64,000 nucleotides of DNA from an uncultured Flavobacteriaceae bacterium. GTDB lineage: Bacteria > Bacteroidota > Bacteroidia > NS11-12g > UBA955. The translations under genes and the position numbers were made by a program. The stretch is from the NCBI GenBank assembly GCA_964450355.1, contig CAYVDH010000001.1, positions 2,767-66,766 on the forward strand, written 5' to 3'. The notes under the pieces were generated by a model. That model saw nothing but the letters and a program-made list of their open reading frames with translations, did not search any database and was not told the DNA's origin. Positions within the stretch are counted from its first letter, which is position 1; every line of letters begins with the position of its first letter. Below, one piece after another: positions 48,528 through 57,115 of the stretch.

Positions 48528-49441
48528 TTTTGTTCTATTTTCAATTGATTCAACATCAATTCAATTCCTTGTTCGAATGAGTGTGGATTGTAACCGAGTT
48601 CTTTTATTGCTTTATCCAACACAAAGCCTGTTATGGGTGGTCGTTTGGCTGCTTGATTTAAAGTGCTAGAATTTGTTCTTTCAATGATGCTTTTGTCTAA
48701 ATGAAAGTAATCTGCTACCCTATTTACTAACTCGAATATGCTCATAAAATCCTTGCCAGAAATGTTGAAAATTCCTTTTGCATGTTTATCTTCGGCTAAA
48801 AAACAACCCATCGCTAAATCTTCTGCTAATGTAGGAGTTCTGTATTGATCATCTACCACTTTAATTGATTGCCCTTTTTCTAATGCTCCTTTTGCCCACA
48901 AGACAATGTTGCTTCTGCTCATATCTGCTACAATCCCATACACCAATACTGTTCTTAAAATTGCCCAATTTTCGCCATGTTGTTTTATGATGTTTTCTCC
49001 TTTAAGTTTAGACCATCCATAGTAACTCAATGGATTGGGTGTTTCATTTTCGTCCAATGGACCATGTGTTCCATCAAAGATAAAATCGGTAGATAAATGG
49101 ATTAAGTGAACTTGATTGTTTAGGCAATGTTTTGCTATATATTCTACTGCTTTGACATTTAAACTATCGCATAATTCTTGCTCCGATTCACAAGCATCTA
49201 CATTGGTCATTGCTGCTGTATTAATAACGCAATGTGGCTTGTATTTCTCTATGACAGTTTTTACATCTTCCTCGTTTGTTATATCAAGTTCGCAATAGTT
49301 TAGTTTATTTTTTTCTGGATGTCTGCATTCTCCTTTGGCTGTAGCTATGAGCTCTTTGTCTGATTTGTCAAGGTATAAATCAATCAATTTCTGACCTAAA
49401 AGTCCATTAGCACCAGTGATTAAAACTCTTTTTTTACTCAT
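48524..49441 (-). CDS. SDR-family NAD(P)-dependent reductase, dTDP-4-dehydrorhamnose reductase-like
   Basis: N-terminus VLITGANGLLGQ, YGWSK (YxxxK) and overall RmlD-like length (305 aa). Confidence 0.75.
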   Translation of the reverse strand: MSKKRVLITGANGLLGQKLIDLYLDKSDKELIATAKGECRHPEKNKLNYCELDITNEEDVKTVIEKYKPHCVINTAAMTNVDACESEQELCDSLNVKAVEYIAKHCLNNQVHLIHLSTDFIFDGTHGPLDENETPNPLSYYGWSKLKGENIIKQHGENWAILRTVLVYGIVADMSRSNIVLWAKGALEKGQSIKVVDDQYRTPTLAEDLAMGCFLAEDKHAKGIFNISGKDFMSIFELVNRVADYFHLDKSIIERTNSSTLNQAAKRPPITGFVLDKAIKELGYNPHSFEQGIELMLNQLKIEQK

Positions 49442-49902
49442 TTCGATTTTTTCTTTTTTTTCTTTTTTTTAGATTCGACAGGAGGATTTTTGTAGCTATT
49501 CAGTTCTTCTAAAAATTGCTTATTTACTACTTTGGCTTTAAATCGGGCGTATCTTTCAGGACCATTGTTAATGATAATAATTTCTTTTAACACCTCTTTT
49601 CCTCCAAAGCCATTGCTATGAAATTCCACATGAATAAAACCTCTCTCACCAGGGCCAACTGAATCTTTACTGATGGTAGGTTTAGTACATCCACACGCAG
49701 GATGCGCTTGTTTAATTATTAACTTCTCAGTTCCAATATTGGTAAACCAGAAATCATAAATCACAGTATCGTTGTCTCCTACTGTTCCAAAATCAACAGT
49801 ATCGATATCGAATTTAAGATTGACTTTATCATTGGCTTGTGCTTTTAATTGTGAATTTAAAAGCAAAGACATCAATACCCATGTTAATTTAAAAAACTTC
49901 AT
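49438..49902 (-). CDS. DUF1573-like secreted protein with poly-lysine tail
   Basis: Signal peptide, the HPACGCTKP motif, and C-terminus ESKKKKKKKKSK. Confidence 0.75.
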   Translation of the reverse strand: MKFFKLTWVLMSLLLNSQLKAQANDKVNLKFDIDTVDFGTVGDNDTVIYDFWFTNIGTEKLIIKQAHPACGCTKPTISKDSVGPGERGFIHVEFHSNGFGGKEVLKEIIIINNGPERYARFKAKVVNKQFLEELNSYKNPPVESKKKKKKKKSK

Positions 49903-49926
49903 GTAATCTTTTACTGGTTATGAATA

Positions 49927-49934
49927 CAAAAATA
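49927..49934 (-). promoter_or_regulatory. Candidate -7 element TATTTTTG for the DUF1573-SDR-crcB operon
   Basis: 24 nt upstream of the ATG at 49902. Confidence 0.45.
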
Positions 49935-49942
49935 CGACCAGA

Positions 49943-50686
49943 TTATGATTTTACAAATTGTTTGAAAACTACGCCATTGGTAGTTGTTAATTTAATGAAA
50001 TAATTTCCATTGGACATTGAAGTTAAATTGATATAAAATTGATTTAATCCTGCAGTTGACATACCTGAGTGAATGTTTTTAATTGTTTGCCCCAAATGGT
50101 TGTATAAATCCAATTCAACAAACTCATTGCTTGACAAATTGAATTTTAAATTTACGGATTCAGATGCAGGACTTGGTGATAGGTGCATTTCCGCACTAGA
50201 ATTCAAGTTTTTAACGTTCAAACTAGGGCTTATAGTTTGGCAAGTATTATACAAAAAGCCTACTGACGAATTGCTTGATGGAACAACCAATCGCCTGTAA
50301 TCATCCTGACTTTGTCTGCAACTTGAATCGGGGTGAATGCATTCTTGAGTTGGTCCTATTAAGGCGCCACAGGTACCCCAATCATCAGGAGAAATAATGA
50401 ATTTATAATTCAAATCTCTTCCAATTCCAGCTGTATCAAATTCGATGGTGGTATAAAACACCTTGCCGCTTAACCATTTAAAACGTGGAGAAGATAAGGC
50501 ATCCCAATTTTGGTAAACACTGCCTGCATCTAAAAAATTTCCTCCAATTTTTATGTTGCTGTCTTTGATAGGGACATCGCCATTGTAAGATGACACATCT
50601 ACAAAAAAAGTAATGGATATTTTTGATTGGGCATTAACTATTTGAGCAGTTAAAAGTAGGCAAATGAAAGTGTATATTTTTATCAT
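49943..50686 (-). CDS. Secreted protein with T9SS C-terminal sorting domain (N-terminal carbohydrate-binding-module-like region)
   Basis: Signal peptide. The C-terminus ...NGNYFIKLTTTNGVVFKQFVKS is typical of T9SS CTDs. Confidence 0.7.
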   Translation of the reverse strand: MIKIYTFICLLLTAQIVNAQSKISITFFVDVSSYNGDVPIKDSNIKIGGNFLDAGSVYQNWDALSSPRFKWLSGKVFYTTIEFDTAGIGRDLNYKFIISPDDWGTCGALIGPTQECIHPDSSCRQSQDDYRRLVVPSSNSSVGFLYNTCQTISPSLNVKNLNSSAEMHLSPSPASESVNLKFNLSSNEFVELDLYNHLGQTIKNIHSGMSTAGLNQFYINLTSMSNGNYFIKLTTTNGVVFKQFVKS

Positions 50687-50693
50687 GTCTTTG

Positions 50694-50701
50694 CAAAATT
50701 A
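50694..50701 (-). promoter_or_regulatory. Candidate -7 element TAATTTTG, 7 nt from the start codon at 50686
   Basis: caaaatta at 50694..50701. Confidence 0.4.
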
Positions 50702-50779
50702 GTCGTAAATTTATTATTTTTCGATGATTCGTTGTTTTAAATATATTCAATGCCCTAATTTTTAATTAATCTTGCAGTA

Positions 50780-52840
50780 ATGAAATTGAATATTAAAAGA
50801 ACGACATTAGGAATACTCATTGCCATGGCAATTTTAGGATTTAATACCATTTATCAATCAAAACAAAAAATAAAAAAGATGAAAAAAACTCCTGCTTATG
50901 ACACATCTTCTTTAGACAAAAGTTTTAGACCTCAAGATGATTTTGACAATTATGCCAATGGAGGATGGAAAAGGCTAAATCCTATTCCATCTACTGAAGG
51001 TATTTGGGGAGCTTTTGGCATTTTAGATAAAGAAAACAGTGAAATAAAATTAAAAGGCATCATTGAAACCGCCTTGAAAGTAAAAAATCCAAAAAAAGGA
51101 ACCGATGTTCAAAAAACAGCAGACATGTACCGTTCATACATGGATACAAGCCTCATTGAATCATTGAATTTAAAACCTCTTCAAAAATACATTGATAAAA
51201 TTGACCAAATAAAAACATTAGAAGAATGGGTAAATACCAATGGCGAGTTACAAATCATAGGTGTGAGTTCTGTAGCAGTAGTATATGTTGATGCAGACGA
51301 CAGAAACAGCAAAATGAACGCTGTAAAATGGTATCAAAGCGGACTCAGTTTGGGTGAAAAAAGTTATTACAAAGGAAGTGACGAACGCATTAAAATGATT
51401 CAAAGTGAATTCGTAAAACACGTGGACAAAATGATGGCATTGTGCGGCAGAGACATTAGCAATGTTGGCTCAAATATATTTGCTTTTGAAACTGCTTTAG
51501 CTAACATTCAATTAAGCAATGTAGAATTGCGTGACCCTATTAAAACTTATAATAAAATAAAATCGACTGAATTCAATGTACTTTCTAAAGATGTAGATTG
51601 GAATAGTTTTGCGAAAAAACAAGGTATAATTAGCGATGAAATCATTGTTCATAGCAAACAATATTTCACAGGCTTGAACCAACTATTAACCAATACATCC
51701 ATTGAAACTTTAAAAAATTACACCTACTATCAATTAATTAAAAGATTTTCAAACTATTTACCAAGTAGAATTAAAAATGAAACTTTCAATTTTTATGACA
51801 AAATAAAAAGCGGTAGAAAAGAACAAAAGAAAAGAGCAATTCAAGCCATTGATGTTACAGAAAGTGTAGGCAATGGCAACATATTAGGAAGATTATATGT
51901 ACAACATTATTTTCCTGAAAGCAGCAAAAAGAAAATGGCAGAAATGATAGAAAATGTAAGGGCTGTTTATAGCGAAAGAATTGACAAACTAACTTGGATG
52001 AGTGACAGCACTAAAATGATGGCAAAGAAGAAACTATCTACTTTCACTTATAAAATTGGCTATCCTGACAAATGGGAAGATTACAGCAAAATAGAAATCA
52101 AATCCACTGCATTGATTGAAAACATCATCGCTAATCAACTATGGAACCACAATAAAATGTTGAGCGATATAGGCAAACCAGTGGACAAAGAAAGATGGGG
52201 ATTTTCGCCACAAACAGTAAATGCCTATTACACCCCCTTAAACAACGAAGTAGTATTTCCAGCGGGTATATTACAAGCACCATTTTTTAACCCTAATGCA
52301 GACGATGCCATTAATTATGGTGGAATAATTGCTGTTATTGGCCATGAATTTTCCCATGGATTTGACGACCAAGGAGCACAATACGATGAAAACGGCAATT
52401 TAAGAAATTGGTGGACCAGCAAAGATGAAGAGAACTTTAAAGCTTTGAGTCAAAGGTATATTCAATACTTTAATGGATTTGAACCATTAAAAGGAGTCAA
52501 TATCAATGGAGAACTGACTATAGGCGAGAACATTACTGATTTAGGTGGTTTAACGTTAGCTTACTATGCTCTTGAGCGTTCATTAAAAGGCAAACCCGAA
52601 CCAGCAAAAATTGATGGATTTACTTGGCAACAGCGCTTTTTCTTAAGTTGGGCTCAGGTGTGGCACAATAACATCAAAGAAGAAGAGCTATTGAATAGAT
52701 TAAAAACAGACCCTCACTCTCCTGCTAGGTATAGAATCAATGGACCATTGAAACATTTGCCTGAATTTTATAAGGCATTTGGAGTTAAGGAAGGTGATCA
52801 AATGTGGATACCAGAAAATGATAGAATTTCTATTTGGTAA
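50780..52840 (+). CDS. M13 family zinc metallopeptidase (PepO / endothelin-converting-enzyme-like)
   Basis: HEFSHGFD zinc motif, a downstream ENITDLGG segment, and C-terminus ...RISIW; 686 aa. Confidence 0.9.
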   Translation: MKLNIKRTTLGILIAMAILGFNTIYQSKQKIKKMKKTPAYDTSSLDKSFRPQDDFDNYANGGWKRLNPIPSTEGIWGAFGILDKENSEIKLKGIIETALKVKNPKKGTDVQKTADMYRSYMDTSLIESLNLKPLQKYIDKIDQIKTLEEWVNTNGELQIIGVSSVAVVYVDADDRNSKMNAVKWYQSGLSLGEKSYYKGSDERIKMIQSEFVKHVDKMMALCGRDISNVGSNIFAFETALANIQLSNVELRDPIKTYNKIKSTEFNVLSKDVDWNSFAKKQGIISDEIIVHSKQYFTGLNQLLTNTSIETLKNYTYYQLIKRFSNYLPSRIKNETFNFYDKIKSGRKEQKKRAIQAIDVTESVGNGNILGRLYVQHYFPESSKKKMAEMIENVRAVYSERIDKLTWMSDSTKMMAKKKLSTFTYKIGYPDKWEDYSKIEIKSTALIENIIANQLWNHNKMLSDIGKPVDKERWGFSPQTVNAYYTPLNNEVVFPAGILQAPFFNPNADDAINYGGIIAVIGHEFSHGFDDQGAQYDENGNLRNWWTSKDEENFKALSQRYIQYFNGFEPLKGVNINGELTIGENITDLGGLTLAYYALERSLKGKPEPAKIDGFTWQQRFFLSWAQVWHNNIKEEELLNRLKTDPHSPARYRINGPLKHLPEFYKAFGVKEGDQMWIPENDRISIW

Positions 52841-52848
52841 AACAACAG

Positions 52849-52873
52849 AAAAGGCAGAATAAACTGCCCTTTC
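52849..52873. terminator. Bidirectional hairpin terminator between convergent peptidase and ssb genes
   Basis: gaaaaggcag-aataaa-ctgccctttc. Confidence 0.6.
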
Positions 52874-52911
52874 TATTACCAATTATTAAACACATTAATT
52901 CCATTTAAACA

Positions 52912-53295
52912 TTAAAAAGGCAAGTCGTCACTGTCGTCAACTATGGAATTGCCACTTGCTTTTTTAGTTCCTAAAAACTCAAATTCTTGAACTCTTATTT
53001 CTGTGATTTGTCTTTTTTCACCTGTTTTGGTTTCATATTCTCTGTTAGCCAAACTGCCTTCTATAGCTAATTTCACGCCTTTGTTGACGAATTTTTCAAC
53101 TACATCTGCTTGTTTCCCTCTAAATACTAAGTTGTGCCAATGGGTGTATTCTACGTATTCACCCTTAGCGTTTTTCTGTCTTTCATTAGTGGCTAACCTA
53201 ATTTTAGCCAATTTTCCTCCGTTGTTAAAACTTTTTACCTCTGGAGCTGCGCCCACGTTACCGATCAGTCTTACTGAATTAATTAAACTTTTCAT
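52912..53295 (-). CDS. ssb: Single-stranded DNA-binding protein
   Basis: OB-fold N-terminus (INSVRLIGNVGAAPEVK) and acidic C-terminal tip DDSDDLPF. Confidence 0.9.
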   Translation of the reverse strand: MKSLINSVRLIGNVGAAPEVKSFNNGGKLAKIRLATNERQKNAKGEYVEYTHWHNLVFRGKQADVVEKFVNKGVKLAIEGSLANREYETKTGEKRQITEIRVQEFEFLGTKKASGNSIVDDSDDLPF

Positions 53296-53551
53296 GATTT
53301 ATAAAATTTGTTTTTTTATATCACCACGACATTGTGATGATTTGTAGATGCAAAATTGAGATGCTTAGAAAAAATTAATCGTATTTTAATTGTTTATATT
53401 CGGATAAAAACATTTATAAGCGTTTAAAACCGCCTTTAACATTGACAATAATAACGAATATAAAATGATATTTTTATCCATTTTAATTAAAAAATACCCT
53501 TATCTTCGTTTTTTGATATGAAAAACTACGTTAAGAAGTGTAGTTATTCAT

Positions 53552-54316
53552 TTGTTGACTGCAACCTTAAAGACATCACCATTGACAAAAATTTTCTACA
53601 TATTATTAATCATTATACTGACAAGCTGTTCGGTTAAATACACAGAAAATCTAGTTGACAAAGGATCCAACAAAGAATGTATTAACGAATATAAAAAGGC
53701 TATGAAAGTATACAATAGGGCTATGTTCTTTAATAAGAAAAGTGCTTTGGCATATTGGAGACGCGGAAATCTATATTCGACTGAAACATTTAACTATGAT
53801 TACAAAAAAGCAATAGCAGACTTGACTAAATCTATTCTAATCGATTCAACTTTTAATGGTGGTTATGCCTTTTGGGACAGAGCTTATTGTAAGCGAAATA
53901 TTAACGACACTATCGGTGCATTATTAGACTATAACAAGGCAATTGCTATAAGTCCTGAAAAAGAAACTTTCTACTATTTCAGAGGAACTTTAAAGTTTTA
54001 TCGATTTCATGACATAGATGGAGCACAGCACGACTTTGACAGCGCAATAAAATATTGGGACGGATACGACTTAGCTCGACAATGCAGAGCAGAATTAAAA
54101 GTAGGTATCGGTGATTTTAAAGGCGCAATGGACGACTATAACAAATTACAATATCAACTTCGTGATTTTGATTCGAGCTACGCAGATGTATTTTATTTTA
54201 GAGGTATTGCAAAATATGAAACAGGTGACAAAAACGGTGCTTGTGAAGACTTAGTTACTGCAAATAAACTTGGTTTTGAATTAGCAAAAGAAAAACTAAA
54301 CAAATTATGTAAGTGA
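53552..54316 (+). CDS. TPR-repeat lipoprotein
   Basis: Lipobox ...IIILTSC. TPR-like repeats (AYWRRGNLY, YFRGTLKF, FYFRGIAKYETGDKNGACEDL). There is no in-frame ATG near the start, so TTG at 53552, 53555 or 53582 are candidates. Confidence 0.65.
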   Translation: MLTATLKTSPLTKIFYILLIIILTSCSVKYTENLVDKGSNKECINEYKKAMKVYNRAMFFNKKSALAYWRRGNLYSTETFNYDYKKAIADLTKSILIDSTFNGGYAFWDRAYCKRNINDTIGALLDYNKAIAISPEKETFYYFRGTLKFYRFHDIDGAQHDFDSAIKYWDGYDLARQCRAELKVGIGDFKGAMDDYNKLQYQLRDFDSSYADVFYFRGIAKYETGDKNGACEDLVTANKLGFELAKEKLNKLCK

Positions 54317-54483
54317 AAGCAATAAAGGCAGCAGCTAAAAGGCGTTTGGCAAAAAAGCGGGTTCGTTGCTTTGTTCAACATTCTGGTTTTTTATTTACTT
54401 TTGTACTGGCTTGAACATTTCTGCTTTTTAAACCGCCACTTCCAAGCACCAAAACGTTATGCTTCAGCATAGAATAAGACCAA

Positions 54484-55161
54484 ATGAGAAAAAAACCTTT
54501 ATATTACTTTTTGACTTTTGTAATGTTTTTTTATATTAGTTGTTGGACAGACAACTCAAACAAAAAAGAAACAAATTCTGACACAAACAAAACAACCGTT
54601 AAGATTGACAGTTTACAGAGTGACAAAGTTGAGCTTAATGAAACATTTAATGAAGAAGATATACCAGTTAACGAATACTTGAATGAAAGACTTAAACCAA
54701 TACGAGCTAACTTCAAAAGAATTAACTCAATTGTAAACTGGACATCGATTAAAACCAAAGACATTGAAGTAACAACAGAAAGAGGCGAAGCAAAATTTTA
54801 TTATCTAAAAGGACAATTAGAAAAAATTTCATCCCGACATTTCGGAGAAACATTTCAACTATTAACTGAATATTATTTAAACAATGGACAACTATCATTT
54901 GTGTTTGAAAAGGCTTATAAATATAACAGACCAATATATCACGACTCGGCAGCAATGATAGAAATGAATGACACGGAAACCTTTAACTTTGAAAAATCTG
55001 AAATTATTGAAGTCCGAAATTATTTTGACATTGGAAAACTACTTCATCAAATAAACAATCAAGACTTTGGTTCACCATTCGAAGAAAAATATAGACATGG
55101 AGAAGAAAAAAGAATTAAAACGAACTTTGAAAAACTTATAAAACTTGGGGAAACAAAATAA
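54484..55161 (+). CDS. Hypothetical lipoprotein
   Basis: MRKKPLYYFLTFVMFFYISC lipobox; 225 aa. I recognised no family. Confidence 0.45.
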   Translation: MRKKPLYYFLTFVMFFYISCWTDNSNKKETNSDTNKTTVKIDSLQSDKVELNETFNEEDIPVNEYLNERLKPIRANFKRINSIVNWTSIKTKDIEVTTERGEAKFYYLKGQLEKISSRHFGETFQLLTEYYLNNGQLSFVFEKAYKYNRPIYHDSAAMIEMNDTETFNFEKSEIIEVRNYFDIGKLLHQINNQDFGSPFEEKYRHGEEKRIKTNFEKLIKLGETK

Positions 55162-55252
55162 AAGCCGAACGACCTCCCCAAAAGGCGGAGTTTCTGATTG
55201 TATTTGGATAAATTGTATTTATTTTATAGTTTTACATTTTGTTACAATTGTT

Positions 55253-55280
55253 GCAGCTGTCCCGTCTTTCGGGTAGCTGC
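55253..55280 (+). other. GC-rich stem-loop (11 bp, one bulge) without a T tract
   Basis: gcagctgtcccg-tcttt-cgggtagctgc. It is conspicuous in an AT-rich spacer. Confidence 0.6.
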
Positions 55281-55307
55281 AGACCGATAAAATCATCAAA
55301 TCATCCA

Positions 55308-55568
55308 ATGATTACACAAATCAATGAATTAAAAAATGCCATAGTCAATCTCTATTAACACATGGCTGAAAACATCAAATGGAATAGCCCAAATTTCACT
55401 CATCACCATAAAGATAGAATGACTTTAAGGCTACAAAATACCAACTTTATTCAATTCATTTTACTTTGTGGAGCTAAACTAAATTCTATAATCAAAGAAA
55501 ATTATCCCATGCTTGAATGGAAAAGCTTTGATAGAGCAATTATCCCCATTAAAAAAAACACAACTTGA
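55308..55568 (+). pseudogene. Remnant of a DUF1801-like gene with in-frame TAA (55356..55358)
   Basis: ATG at 55308 gives MITQINELKNAIVNLY, then TAA, and the same frame continues HMAENIKWNSPNFTHHHKDRMTLRLQ... to 55568. From memory, the IKWNxPxF motif and its preceding helix normally lie in one continuous protein. Confidence 0.5.
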
Positions 55569-55682
55569 ATGAAATCATTACCGAATTTATTTCCATATTA
55601 AACCTTTGGCTTAACAACAGTAAACAATATGAATAGGCCTTTTTTCAAGTAACTTAATTAACTCTTAATCGTTTTAAACAAA

Positions 55683-57026
55683 ATGAAAAAAACAATTATA
55701 ACACTTCTAATTTTTATCAACATCAGTGTTGTTTTCTCTCAAAAAATTGACACTTTAAAAATCCATGAATACATTGATTACATAGAAAAAAACAACAGAG
55801 AAATAGGAAGTATTTCCATATTTAAAAATGGCAAAGAAATGTATAACCGAACATTTGGGCACAATAACCAAGTTGCTCAAGCGTTGACAAATCAAACATC
55901 TAAGCTTTCTCTCAACAATAATAACAGGTATCAAATTGGTTCCATTTCAAAACTAGTAACTGCTGTTTTAATTTTCAAATTAATTGAAGACAAAAAATTA
56001 AAGCTAGAGGACAAACTTTCAAAATATTTCCCAAATGTACCTAATTCTAAAAAAATAACAATTAAACACTTGCTAGAACACAGCAGCGGTTTAGGCGATT
56101 ATGTTCTGAAAAAAGACAGTATCTATTGGCTTCAAAACAAAGTACACGAATCCGAAATAATGAAAGAAATTATAAATCAAGGAACACTGTTTAAACCTGG
56201 AAAAAAAATTAAATATTCAAACAGCGCCTATTATTTACTTACCAAAATTGTGGAGAAAGAATACAACAATGAATATGCTGAGATAGTTGACCAAATAATT
56301 TGTAAACCATTGAATTTAAATCATTTTTTTTCAATTAAAAAAGCAGATAACAACACCTTACCTTCTCTAGAATACTCAAATAAATGGGACAAGTTAAACG
56401 AGTTCGACTTTGTTAATGTGATAGGAGTTGGTGATATAAGTTCAACTTCCAAGGATTTAAATGAGTTTATAACACATTTATTCAATGGAAATATCATTTC
56501 AAAATCAAGTGTAGAAAAAATGAAACCCAACATCAACAAAGAGACTTTCGGTAGAGGCATGATGTTGATACCATATTATAACATTATTTTTTATGGACAT
56601 GGAGGTGACACTTATGGCACTCATTCATTATGTGCATACAATGAAAAAGACAGTTTAGCCCTTTCTATTTGTATCAATGGCGAAAGATACCCTCACAATG
56701 ATTTCGCTCTTGACTTGTTAAATATTATTTATAACAAACCACATAAACTTCCTGAATTTATTGAGGAAAAAACCATTGATTACAATGAAATAAAACCATA
56801 CGAAGGCACCTATTCTAGCGCTTCGTTTCCTCTTAAACTTACAGTATTTATAAAAGACAGTTTATTGCATTGTCAAGCCACAAATCAACCATCGTTTTTG
56901 CTTTCAAAAATCAACAAACATCAATACTGCTATACACTTGCCAACATTAACATTGAATTCATTCCAAATGAAAACAAACTCGTATTCATTCAAAATGGCA
57001 TAAAGGAAACTTTGTACAAAGAATAA
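55683..57026 (+). CDS. Serine hydrolase of the beta-lactamase (class C / DD-peptidase) family
   Basis: Signal peptide, SxxK motif (GSISKLVTA), YSNSAY (YxN) and HGG near the C-terminal part of the catalytic domain. Confidence 0.8.
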   Translation: MKKTIITLLIFINISVVFSQKIDTLKIHEYIDYIEKNNREIGSISIFKNGKEMYNRTFGHNNQVAQALTNQTSKLSLNNNNRYQIGSISKLVTAVLIFKLIEDKKLKLEDKLSKYFPNVPNSKKITIKHLLEHSSGLGDYVLKKDSIYWLQNKVHESEIMKEIINQGTLFKPGKKIKYSNSAYYLLTKIVEKEYNNEYAEIVDQIICKPLNLNHFFSIKKADNNTLPSLEYSNKWDKLNEFDFVNVIGVGDISSTSKDLNEFITHLFNGNIISKSSVEKMKPNINKETFGRGMMLIPYYNIIFYGHGGDTYGTHSLCAYNEKDSLALSICINGERYPHNDFALDLLNIIYNKPHKLPEFIEEKTIDYNEIKPYEGTYSSASFPLKLTVFIKDSLLHCQATNQPSFLLSKINKHQYCYTLANINIEFIPNENKLVFIQNGIKETLYKE

Positions 57027-57087
57027 AGAAATGACATAATACTGACAATCAATTGAAAATATGACACTTAATTAACATCTTTTTAGT

Positions 57088-57095
57088 TAATTTTG
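57088..57095 (+). promoter_or_regulatory. Candidate -7 element TAATTTTG
   Basis: 20 nt upstream of the ATG at 57116. Confidence 0.45.
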
Positions 57096-57115
57096 TAATA
57101 ATAAATTCAAGCAGT

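Noticed and set aside
48528-48600. Fluoride riboswitch upstream of crcB
   Set aside because: The crcB start codon overlaps the end of the preceding reductase gene, so there is no non-coding leader in which the riboswitch could reside.
53518-53637. ATG-initiated 39-codon ORF (MKNYVKKCSYSF...) overlapping the TPR lipoprotein start, a possible frameshifted true N-terminus
   Set aside because: It is in a different frame from the TPR gene. The TTG-initiated frame already provides a complete lipoprotein signal peptide (…IFYILLIIILTSC), so no frameshift is needed.
54355-54372. tRNA T-arm-like sequence (gcgggttcgttgc) as a possible att remnant of an integrative element
   Set aside because: There is no complementary stem half (cccgc) and no acceptor-stem-like sequence. 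No tRNA gene or integrase is nearby.
54317-54483. Integron attC-like site between the two lipoprotein cassettes (GTTCAAC matches RYYYAAC; GTTATGC is near GTTRRRY)
   Set aside because: The putative core sites do not pair with each other. The only stem is 7 bp (tgttcaa/ttgaaca) with a 32-nt loop. There is no L'/L'' structure, and no intI-type integrase is present in the window. I kept only the weaker claim of motif-bracketed cassettes.
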